Both the position numbers and the translations under genes were made by a program. Below are positions 42,818 through 49,882 of a DNA stretch of 64,000 nt, in pieces. The notes beneath the pieces are model-generated. The model was not told the origin of the DNA. It was given only the letters and a program-made list of their open reading frames with translations, and searched no databases. The stretch comes from Pseudomonadota bacterium (GTDB lineage: Bacteria; Pseudomonadota; Gammaproteobacteria; Burkholderiales; Burkholderiaceae_C): NCBI GenBank assembly GCA_020161145.1, contig JAIUPQ010000009.1, positions 37,781 to 101,780 on the forward strand. The letters are read 5' to 3'. Within the stretch, counting starts at the first letter, position 1; every line of letters starts with the position of its first letter.

Positions 42818-43647
42818 TGCGGGGCTCCTTGCGAGGTGGGGTTCAGGGCGTCGCTCAGGAAGCGCAGTTCGGAGGCAGTCGGCCGACCTTTGGCCCAGTC
42901 GGGCACTTCATCGGCCATGCCTGGCCAGGCGTGGCGGGCGTAGGGGTAGCTGGTTCGGTACCAGGCGCGGCCACCGTGGCAGCCGAAGCACACGTCGCCC
43001 CCCGTGCCGGGCTGGGCGCCGGCTGCCTCGATGGCCTTGGCATTGAGGTAGTTGACCGCGTGGCGCGTGGTGCGAATGGCCGCATGGCACAGCAGGCAGT
43101 TGTTCTGGAACGCGGCCTTGCTCTCGCGCCAGGGGCTGGGCAGGCCCATGATGGCGTGATTCATCTGGCCATGGCATTTGAGGCAGGTCTCGGTGGGCAC
43201 CACCGTCTTGCGCAGCGTGAAGCCGCCCAGGCGCTGCGAGGTGGCCGATGACAGCGGGGTTTCGTCGCGCGGATCGTTGCCCTGGTGGCAGGTGGTGCAG
43301 CGCATGGTCATCAATTGCCTGGCCATGGGGGTCTGCAGGTGGCGACGATGGAAGGTGTCCTGCGCCCCCTCGTAGGTGCTGGTCTCCTGGTACCAGGCCT
43401 TGGCGTCGGCCGCTTTGACGCCGGCCGGTGACTGCGGCCGCACCGAGGGTTTGAGCACCTCGGCGTGACAGGCCAGGCACTGCGCATCGGTGGCGCGCTC
43501 GATGGCCGGTTGGAAATGGATGGGGTCGTAGCGCGCGCGCTGGTAGTCGGGCTCGGTCGTCTGCGCGCTGCCCGTGAGCAGCACCAGCGCCAAGGCCGCC
43601 AGCCAGTGCCCTGCGCCGTGACGGCGCGAGTGCGGAGAGGCATTCAT
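42814..43647 (-). CDS. pentahaem c-type cytochrome (membrane-anchored or periplasmic)
   Basis: Five CXXCH motifs (CLACH, CTTCH, CLKCH, CLLCH, CFGCH) follow an N-terminal signal or anchor (HWLAALALVLLTGSAQ). The ATG at 43647 is preferred. An upstream in-frame GTG at 43710 cannot be excluded, and neither start has a clear SD. Confidence 0.85.
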   Translation of the reverse strand: MNASPHSRRHGAGHWLAALALVLLTGSAQTTEPDYQRARYDPIHFQPAIERATDAQCLACHAEVLKPSVRPQSPAGVKAADAKAWYQETSTYEGAQDTFHRRHLQTPMARQLMTMRCTTCHQGNDPRDETPLSSATSQRLGGFTLRKTVVPTETCLKCHGQMNHAIMGLPSPWRESKAAFQNNCLLCHAAIRTTRHAVNYLNAKAIEAAGAQPGTGGDVCFGCHGGRAWYRTSYPYARHAWPGMADEVPDWAKGRPTASELRFLSDALNPTSQGAPQ

Positions 43648-43659
43648 GGATCGGTCGCG

Positions 43660-43694
43660 AAAAAAAGGCGCCAGGCAGGCGAGCCCGCCCGGCG
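43660..43694 (-). terminator. intrinsic-terminator-like hairpin plus U7 inside the operon (possible attenuator or 3'-stabiliser)
   Basis: On the minus-strand RNA, an 11-bp stem pairs CGCCGGGCGGG (43694-43684) with CCUGCCUGGCG (43679-43669), comprising 9 Watson-Crick and 2 G-U pairs. The loop is CUCG, then CC, then U7 (43666-43660). It lies 47 nt after the lipoprotein stop and 12 nt before the cytochrome ATG. Confidence 0.5.
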
Positions 43695-43740
43695 TCAAGA
43701 CCGGCCCCACCGCACGGGCGCAGCGGGGCGAGGGAGGCGA

Positions 43741-44409
43741 TTACTTCTTGGCGGGGGCGGGCGGCCTGGCAGCCTGGCTCCACTGGGTGCAGACCCAGCC
43801 GTCGCCAGCCATGCCGGACATGCCGGACATGCCGGACATGCCACCCATGCCGGACATCCCGCCCATGCCGCCCATGCCGGACATCCCACCCATGCCCGAC
43901 ATGCCCGACATGCCGCGCTGTCCGCCATGGCTCCATTGGGTGCAGGCCCAGCCATCGTTGCCGGCCATGCCCGACATGCCGGACATACCTCCCATGCCGG
44001 ACATACCTCCCATACCGGACATGCCTCCCATACCGGACATGCCTCCCATACCGGACATGCCTCCCATACCGGACATACCGCCCATGCCGGACATACCGCC
44101 CATACCGGACATACCGCCCATACCGGACATGCCACCCATACCGGACATGCCGCCCATACCGGACATGCCGCTCATACCAGACATGCCGCTCATACCAGAC
44201 ATGCCGCTCATACCAGACATGCCGCCCATGCCGGACATACCGCCCATACCAGACATGCCACCCATGCCCGACATACCAGTCATACCGGACATCCCATCCA
44301 TACCCGACATGCCCATCTGTCCTTGTGGATACGGCGGTGTGGCGCAGCCGGCGAGCAGGGCTGCTGCAGCGATGGCGGCCAGCGCGAAGGGGGTGCGAGT
44401 TGATTTCAT
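43741..44409 (-). CDS. methionine-rich (Met-X-Gly)n repeat lipoprotein
   Basis: A GAGGAGAG RBS lies 5-6 nt upstream of the ATG at 44409. It has a lipoprotein signal (MKSTRTPFALAAIAAAALLAGC). Then come 40 Met-X-Gly units, NDGWACTQWSHGGQRG, 12 more units, and DGWVCTQWSQAARPPAPAKK. The hand count sums to the 222-aa ORF length. Confidence 0.8.
   Translation of the reverse strand: MKSTRTPFALAAIAAAALLAGCATPPYPQGQMGMSGMDGMSGMTGMSGMGGMSGMGGMSGMGGMSGMSGMSGMSGMSGMSGMSGMGGMSGMGGMSGMGGMSGMGGMSGMGGMSGMGGMSGMGGMSGMGGMSGMGGMSGMGGMSGMSGMAGNDGWACTQWSHGGQRGMSGMSGMGGMSGMGGMGGMSGMGGMSGMSGMSGMAGDGWVCTQWSQAARPPAPAKK
43804..44316 (-). repeat. in-frame 9/18-nt tandem repeat arrays encoding the Met-X-Gly blocks
   Basis: Block 1 spans 43960-44316 and block 2 spans 43804-43911. 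The arrays include three exact tandem 18-mers ACATGCCTCCCATACCGG (44019-44072) and three exact tandem 18-mers ACATGCCGCTCATACCAG (44163-44216), both given on the plus strand. Confidence 0.9.
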
Positions 44410-44515
44410 GGTGCTCTCCTCTGGAGTGTGAATAAACGCAATTGAAGTGAAGGGGCGTGGCGCCGGCCACCTCGTCGCCCCGCCTGGCGGGTGTCGGTGG
44501 CCACCGCAGGGGGCT

Positions 44516-44824
44516 TCACGGATCGCCCAGAGGCCGATGCCAGCCTCGCAAGTCGTAGGGCCCGCTCATGCCAGGATGGAAAAACGGGGCCCACCAGGCG
44601 CCTTGCTCGGCCAGGCGCTCGACCGTGGCGGGCCAGGGCGGCACCACGCCGTGCAGGCGCTGGGCCTTGAGTTCGGGTCCGACGGGCGCCTGGGTGACCG
44701 CAGGCGCATGGGCGGGCCGCCGATCGGGCACCAGGCCGGCGACCCCGGCCTGGGCCGCAGCCGCCTGCAGCAGCAGCAAGGCGAGCCAGGTCGGACGCAG
44801 CAAGGGGGTGGCAGGCATGGGCAT
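44516..44824 (-). CDS. hypothetical small secreted protein (first gene after the sigma-54 promoter)
   Basis: ATG at 44824 lies 8 nt after a GAGGAG RBS. It has a signal peptide (MPMPATPLLRPTWLALLLLQAAAAQA). The mature part is about 76 aa and ends in WWAPFFHPGMSGPYDLRGWHRPLGDP. No family is recognised. The longer ORF-track start (44893) would swallow the promoter. Confidence 0.55.
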   Translation of the reverse strand: MPMPATPLLRPTWLALLLLQAAAAQAGVAGLVPDRRPAHAPAVTQAPVGPELKAQRLHGVVPPWPATVERLAEQGAWWAPFFHPGMSGPYDLRGWHRPLGDP

Positions 44825-44850
44825 CGCGTGGGTCTCCTCACCCTTGTCTT

Positions 44851-44866
44851 TGCATCCGTCATGCCA
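44851..44866 (-). promoter_or_regulatory. sigma-54 (-24/-12) promoter
   Basis: The minus strand reads TGGCATGACGGATGCA, against the consensus TGGCACG-N4-TTGCW. It has the GG-N10-GC spacing and lies about 25 nt upstream of the small-protein ATG. A sigma-54 activator is encoded in the same locus. Confidence 0.65.
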
Positions 44867-44971
44867 GCCGGGCGGCGACGCCGAATCAAGCACTTACCGG
44901 GCGTTGGGCCGCCGCCGCCCTGCCACCCTGACAGGCTGCCTGCCAATCTGGCGGCGGTCGGCCCAGCGACA

Positions 44972-45700
44972 ATGACGGGGATGAGCACGCCCCACCCCAT
45001 CTGGCGCGACCCGGCCTTCGTCCAAGGCGCACGCGACATGGCGCAGCCGGCGCTGGGCATCGGGGCCTGGGGTCTGGTGACGGGGGTGGCCATGGTCAAG
45101 GCCGGGTTCTCGCTGCCGCTGGCGGTGCTGGTGTCGTTGACGGTGTTTGCCGGCAGCGCCCAACTGGCCACCACCCCATTGATTGCGGCCGGTGCGCCCC
45201 TGTGGGTGATCTGGGCCACCGCCACCTGCGTCAACCTGCGCTTCGTCATCTTTTCGGCCGGCTGGCGGCCGTACTTCGAGCACCTGCCGCTGGGCCGGCG
45301 GCTGGGCATCGGCTATCTGGCGGGCGACCTCAACTACGTGCTGTTCACCCGCCGCTACCCCAGCCCCCGGCCCGAGCCGGGGCAGCAGGCCTATTTCTGG
45401 GGCGGCGCGGTGACCAACTGGGTGGCCTGGCAGGCGTTCTCGCTGGCCGGCATTGCGCTGGCGGCGCAGATCCCTACGGCCTGGGGCCTGGGCTTTGCCG
45501 GCACGCTGGCGCTGCTGGGCCTGGCCGGCTCGCTGCTGGTGGACCGCGCCACCTGGGTGGCGGGTGGCGTGGCGGCGCTGGCCGCGGTGGCGGCGTTCGC
45601 GCTGCCGTTCAGGCTCAACATCGTGGTGGCCATCGCCGCCGCCGTGGCGGTGGGCGTGGTGCTGGACCACTGGGGGCGCACCCCGAAGGCGCCCACATGA
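44972..45700 (+). CDS. azlC: AzlC-family branched-chain amino-acid exporter subunit
   Basis: GARDMAQPALGIGAWGLVTGVAMVKAGFSL...TVFAGSAQLA...CVNLRFVIFSA is AzlC-like. The start is at 44972, or at the second ATG at 44981. Confidence 0.85.
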   Translation: MTGMSTPHPIWRDPAFVQGARDMAQPALGIGAWGLVTGVAMVKAGFSLPLAVLVSLTVFAGSAQLATTPLIAAGAPLWVIWATATCVNLRFVIFSAGWRPYFEHLPLGRRLGIGYLAGDLNYVLFTRRYPSPRPEPGQQAYFWGGAVTNWVAWQAFSLAGIALAAQIPTAWGLGFAGTLALLGLAGSLLVDRATWVAGGVAALAAVAAFALPFRLNIVVAIAAAVAVGVVLDHWGRTPKAPT

Positions 45701-46038
45701 CCACGGGCATCACGCTCTACACCCTGGCGGCCGTGGTGGGGCTGACCGCCATCTCGGTGGTCACGCGCGCCTTCTTCATGCTGCCCAGGCGGCCACTGCC
45801 CATTCCGGCCTGGCTGCGTGAGGCCTTGCGCTATGCCCCGCTGGCCGCCCTGGTGGCCGTGGTGGCGCCCGATGTGCTGTTGCGCGATGGGGCCTTGCTG
45901 GCCACCTGGCGCGACGCGGCGCTGTGGGCCACGGTGGCCGGTGCGGCGTGGTACGTTTGGCGCCGAACCATTCTGGGCACCATCGTCTGCGGCACGGCCG
46001 TGCTGCTGACGCTGCGCCTCGTCCTGCATTTTCAATAG
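45697..46038 (+). CDS. azlD: AzlD-family small membrane protein
   Basis: ATG at 45697 overlaps the azlC stop (ATGA). It is about 113 aa with 3-4 TM helices (LAAVVGLTAISVVTRAFFMLP...). Confidence 0.8.
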   Translation: MTTGITLYTLAAVVGLTAISVVTRAFFMLPRRPLPIPAWLREALRYAPLAALVAVVAPDVLLRDGALLATWRDAALWATVAGAAWYVWRRTILGTIVCGTAVLLTLRLVLHFQ

Positions 46039-46056
46039 ACCTTTGAGAGCTGCACC

Positions 46057-47250
46057 ATGAACGTGATCCGATTTGCCGACCTCGTCGCCCAGGGCCAAGC
46101 CAGGGGCAAGCGCGTGTTCATTCGCGCCGACCTCAACGTGCCGCAGGACAAAGACGGCCGCATCACCGAAGACACCCGCATCCGCGCCAGCGTGCCGGCC
46201 ATCCGCCTGGCGCTGGAGGGCGGCGCGGCGGTGATGGTCACCTCCCACCTGGGCCGCCCCACCGAGGGCCAGTTCAGGCCCGAGGACTCGCTGGAGCCGG
46301 TGGCCGAGCGCCTGGCCGAGCTGCTGGGGCAGTCGGTGCGGCTGGTGGCCGACTGGGTGGACGGCGTGCGCGTCGAGCCTGGCGAGGTGGTGCTGCTGGA
46401 GAACTGCCGCCTCAACAAGGGCGAAAAGAAGAACGACCCGGTGCTGGCCAAAAAAATGGCGGCGCTGTGCGACATCTTCGTGCACGATGCCTTTGGCACC
46501 GCCCACCGCGCGGAGGGCACCACCTACGGCATCGCCGAATACGCCCCCATCGCCAGCGCCGGCCCGCTGCTGGCGGCCGAGATCGATGCCATCAGCAAGG
46601 CGCTGGCCAATCCCAAGCGCCCGCTGGTGGCCATCGTCGCGGGCTCCAAGGTGTCCACCAAGCTGACCATTCTGCAAAGCCTGGCCAGCAAGGTCGATGG
46701 CCTCATCGTCGGCGGCGGCATTGCCAACACCTTCATGCTGGCCGCCGGGCTGCCCATCGGCAAAAGCCTGGCCGAGCCGGCCTTGCTGGATGAGGCCAAG
46801 GCCGTGATGGCGGCCATGCAGGCGCGTGGTGCGGCCGTGCCCATCCCCGAGGACGTGGTCTGCGCCAAGGCGTTTGCGGCCGATGCGCCGGCCACCGTCA
46901 AGGCGGCGGCCGACGTGGCGGCGGACGACCTCATTCTGGACATCGGCCCCAAGACGGCGGCCAAGCTGGCCGAGCAGCTCAAGGCCGCCGGCACCATCGT
47001 CTGGAACGGCCCGGTGGGCGTGTTCGAGTTCGACGCCTTTGCGGGCGGCACCGAGACCCTGGCGCGCGCCATCGCCGCGTCCAGCGCCTTCAGCATCGCC
47101 GGTGGTGGCGACACGCTGGCGGCCATTGCCAAATACGGCATCGAGGGCGACGTGGGCTACATCTCCACCGGCGGCGGCGCCTTCCTGGAGGTGCTGGAGG
47201 GCAAGACCCTGCCGGCGTTCGAAATCCTCACCCGCCGCGCGGCCGGCTGA
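46057..47250 (+). CDS. pgk: phosphoglycerate kinase
   Basis: [11 protein letters not shown]...SHLGRP...[12 protein letters not shown]...GGGDT are canonical Pgk motifs. Confidence 0.97.
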   Translation: MNVIRFADLVAQGQARGKRVFIRADLNVPQDKDGRITEDTRIRASVPAIRLALEGGAAVMVTSHLGRPTEGQFRPEDSLEPVAERLAELLGQSVRLVADWVDGVRVEPGEVVLLENCRLNKGEKKNDPVLAKKMAALCDIFVHDAFGTAHRAEGTTYGIAEYAPIASAGPLLAAEIDAISKALANPKRPLVAIVAGSKVSTKLTILQSLASKVDGLIVGGGIANTFMLAAGLPIGKSLAEPALLDEAKAVMAAMQARGAAVPIPEDVVCAKAFAADAPATVKAAADVAADDLILDIGPKTAAKLAEQLKAAGTIVWNGPVGVFEFDAFAGGTETLARAIAASSAFSIAGGGDTLAAIAKYGIEGDVGYISTGGGAFLEVLEGKTLPAFEILTRRAAG

Positions 47251-48126
47251 CTACACCAGCGCCGTCTCAAGCAGGTGCAGCAGCCGCCCCCAGGCGCGCT
47301 GCGCCTGGACGGCGTCATAGAGCGTGGTCATGTCGGGCGTGCACCAGCCGTGCTGGGTGCCCGCGTAGACCTGCACCTCGGCCGCCAGCCTGGCGTCGGC
47401 AAATGCCTGCTGCACGGCGGCCTTGGTGGCGGGCTCTTTGGCGTCGTCGTTGGCGGCAATCGCCACCAGGGCCTGGGCACGCATCTGGCTCACCAGCTTG
47501 TGCGGGCTGTTGGGCTCTGCCGTGACCAGCCCACCGCCGTGGAACGAGGCCAGCGCGCCGACGCGCGCGGGCACGGCCGCCGCCGTGTAGAACGACTGCC
47601 GGCCGCCCGCACAGTAGCCAAACACACCCGCTCGGCGCTTGGCGTTCACGCCCGGTTGCTTGTCCATGAACGCCAGGTAGGCGTGGCTGTCGCGCGCGAT
47701 GAGTTCGGGCGTGAAGCGCGCCACCAGACCGCGCACCTTGGTGATGGTGGCGGCGTCGCTCAGGTCGGCCTTCTCCACCAGCGGCGCCTTTTCCCAGCGG
47801 AAGTAGGGGTTGAGCAGCAGCACCGCATAGCCGCTGGCCGCCAGTTGCTCGGCCAGCTTCTCATAGGCCGGGCGCGGCCCCAGCCAGTCCGGCCACATCA
47901 GCACGGCCGGATGGCGACCCTGGGCGGGGCGGGCCAGGTAGGCGGCGGCCTCGCCATCGGGCGTGGGCACGCGCACGGCCTCGCCGCGCGTGGGCAGCGG
48001 CGCCGCGTGCGTGGGCAGGGCGGCGATGGCGCCGGCGGCCAGCGTCAACAGGTTGAAGTCGCGCCGCGACAGCGCCAGTTGCTGGCGGGCACGGGCTTCG
48101 GCACGGTAGATCTCGGCATCACACAT
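47251..48126 (-). CDS. Tat-signal dienelactone hydrolase family protein
   Basis: ATG at 48126. It has a twin-arginine signal ([14 protein letters not shown]) and a nucleophile elbow (GYCAGG), and ends ...GTQHGW. The rest of the 776-aa ORF upstream is an antisense artefact over pyrC. Confidence 0.85.
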   Translation of the reverse strand: MCDAEIYRAEARARQQLALSRRDFNLLTLAAGAIAALPTHAAPLPTRGEAVRVPTPDGEAAAYLARPAQGRHPAVLMWPDWLGPRPAYEKLAEQLAASGYAVLLLNPYFRWEKAPLVEKADLSDAATITKVRGLVARFTPELIARDSHAYLAFMDKQPGVNAKRRAGVFGYCAGGRQSFYTAAAVPARVGALASFHGGGLVTAEPNSPHKLVSQMRAQALVAIAANDDAKEPATKAAVQQAFADARLAAEVQVYAGTQHGWCTPDMTTLYDAVQAQRAWGRLLHLLETALV

Positions 48127-48174
48127 GGCGGGTCTCCTGAGCAGGGGTTTTCGATGGTAGGGCGAGAATGCAGC

Positions 48175-49209
48175 ATGACGCCTACCCTGACGCTGACCCG
48201 CCCCGACGACTGGCACTTGCACCTGCGCGATGGTGCCCAACTGGCCAGCGTGCTGCCGGCCACTGCGCGCCAGTTTGCGCGCGCCATCGTCATGCCCAAT
48301 CTGCGCCCGCCGGTGACCACCACCACGCAGGCGCTGGCCTACCGCGAGCGCATCCTGGCGGCGCGGCCCGAAGGCAGCAACTTCGAGCCGCTGATGACGC
48401 TGTACCTGACGGACCACACCACGGCGGATGAGGTGCGCCGCGCCAAGGCGGCCGGCATCGTGGCCTTCAAGCTCTACCCGGCCGGCGCCACCACCAACAG
48501 CGATGCCGGTGTCACCGACATGGCCCGCGTGATGCCGGCACTGGAGACCATGCAGCGCGAGGGCGTGCTGCTGCTGGTGCACGGCGAGGTGACCGACCCG
48601 GCCATCGACGTGTTCGACCGCGAGGCGGTGTTCATCCAGCGCGTGATGCAGCCGCTGCGTGCGGCGCTGCCCGAGCTCAAGGTGGTGTTTGAGCACATCA
48701 CCACCCAGGAGGCCGCCCAGTACGTGGCCGCCGCCGATGCGCACACGGCCGCCACCCTCACCGCCCACCACCTGCTCTACAACCGCAATGCCTTGTTCAT
48801 GGGCGGCCTGCGCCCGCACTGGTACTGCCTGCCGGTGCTCAAGCGCGAGGTGCACCGCGCCGCGCTGGTGGCGGCCGCCACCAGCGGCAGCCCCAAGTTC
48901 TTTTTGGGCACCGACAGCGCGCCCCACCCCAGCGTGATGAAAGAGGCCAGCGTCTGCGGCGCCGGCTGCTACACCGCGCCCACCGCGCTGGAGCTGTATG
49001 CCGAGGCCTTCGAGGCTGCCGGCGCGCTGGACAGGCTGGAAGCCTTCGCCAGCTTCCACGGCCCCGACTTTTACGGCTTGCCGCGCAACCGGGGCACGGT
49101 GACGCTCCGCCGCGAGCCCTGGGTCGTGCCCGAGGTGCTGCCACTGGGCGAGGCGCAGATCAAGCCACTGCGTGGGGGCGAGACGCTGGGCTGGCGGCTG
49201 GTGGGCTGA
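48175..49209 (+). CDS. pyrC: dihydroorotase (homodimeric type)
   Basis: ATG at 48175. [20 protein letters not shown]...AIVMPNL...[13 protein letters not shown]...GTDSAPH is the PyrC signature. Confidence 0.93.
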   Translation: MTPTLTLTRPDDWHLHLRDGAQLASVLPATARQFARAIVMPNLRPPVTTTTQALAYRERILAARPEGSNFEPLMTLYLTDHTTADEVRRAKAAGIVAFKLYPAGATTNSDAGVTDMARVMPALETMQREGVLLLVHGEVTDPAIDVFDREAVFIQRVMQPLRAALPELKVVFEHITTQEAAQYVAAADAHTAATLTAHHLLYNRNALFMGGLRPHWYCLPVLKREVHRAALVAAATSGSPKFFLGTDSAPHPSVMKEASVCGAGCYTAPTALELYAEAFEAAGALDRLEAFASFHGPDFYGLPRNRGTVTLRREPWVVPEVLPLGEAQIKPLRGGETLGWRLVG

Positions 49210-49211
49210 CC

Positions 49212-49871
49212 TCAGCCGTCCTGTGCCCCGCCGGATAGGGCCGGGGCGGCCGGGGCCAGGCTGGCCGCAATCAGCGCCTGCGCTGTCCAGTACGCTGGCA
49301 GCACCCACAGCGCCACGGCCGGCAGCGGGGTGTGAAATCGGTTCCAGGCCAGCGCGGCGTCCGAGGCGACGAACAGCAGGCCACCCAACGCCGCCAGCCG
49401 ACTCACACCGGCGGCCTGCGCGGCCATGGTGGCCAGCGCCGCGACGTAGACCACCACCGGCCCTCGCAGGTCCGCCGGCAGGCCGGGCCACAGTTGCACC
49501 AGCATCACCGTGGCGACCGCCGCGTAGACCGTGAATGGTGGCCACCACGCGCCCAGCCGGTGGCCGCGCGTGAAGGCCCACAAATAGGCCAGGTGCGCCG
49601 CCAGAAAGCAGGCCAGGCCAGCGGTGAAGCCGCCGCCCTCGAACATCAATGCCACGTCGCCCCCCAGTGAGAGCAGCAGCCCCAGCATGATGGCCTGCGG
49701 CGCCGCGCGCTGGCGGGCATAGCCGATCAGCAGCAGCGTGGTCAGCGGCTTGGCGATGAGGAACAGGCCGCGCTGGTCGCCTACCGAGGCATCGGCCAGG
49801 ATGGCCACGGCCGCACTGACGGCGGCGGCCATCAGCCAGACGTGAGCGGATGGGCGGGGGGCGGCAGACAT
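49212..49871 (-). CDS. YhhN-family (lysoplasmalogenase-like) membrane protein
   Basis: A polytopic protein with FLIAKPLTTLLLIGYA and ...GDVALM motifs typical of YhhN. Confidence 0.7.
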   Translation of the reverse strand: MSAAPRPSAHVWLMAAAVSAAVAILADASVGDQRGLFLIAKPLTTLLLIGYARQRAAPQAIMLGLLLSLGGDVALMFEGGGFTAGLACFLAAHLAYLWAFTRGHRLGAWWPPFTVYAAVATVMLVQLWPGLPADLRGPVVVYVAALATMAAQAAGVSRLAALGGLLFVASDAALAWNRFHTPLPAVALWVLPAYWTAQALIAASLAPAAPALSGGAQDG

Positions 49872-49882
49872 GGGCGGTGGTC

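Noticed and set aside
43804-44316. The tandem repeats as a CRISPR array, or as a bacterial collagen-like (Gly-X-Y)n protein.
   Set aside because: The units are 9/18 nt and contiguous, with no unique spacers, so this is not a CRISPR array. Gly does occur every third residue, but X is always Met and Y is Ser or Gly. There is no Pro and there are no charged residues to stabilise a triple helix, and no trimerisation domain is evident. The collagen idea is kept only as a remote alternative.
42908-44470. Three other long ORFs across the repeat region: 43646..44431 + (PDMPPMPDIPP... repeats), 43465..44403 + (HAGHAGHT... repeats), and 42908..44470 - (YGRHVRYG... repeats).
   Set aside because: These are alternative-frame readings of the same 9/18-nt repeats. 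They lack a signal peptide or RBS, they run across neighbouring genes (the cytochrome c gene and the intergenic hairpin), and the plus-strand ones oppose the operon direction. The minus-strand frame starting at 44409 has a GAGGAGAG RBS, a lipobox signal and clean boundaries.
47251-49581. A 776-aa ORF (47251..49581 -) and a 644-aa ORF (47275..49209 +), each taken as a single gene.
   Set aside because: Each is a real gene fused to antisense read-through. Only 47251..48126 - (dienelactone hydrolase, which starts at a Tat signal) and 48175..49209 + (pyrC, which starts at [16 protein letters not shown]) have protein-family character.
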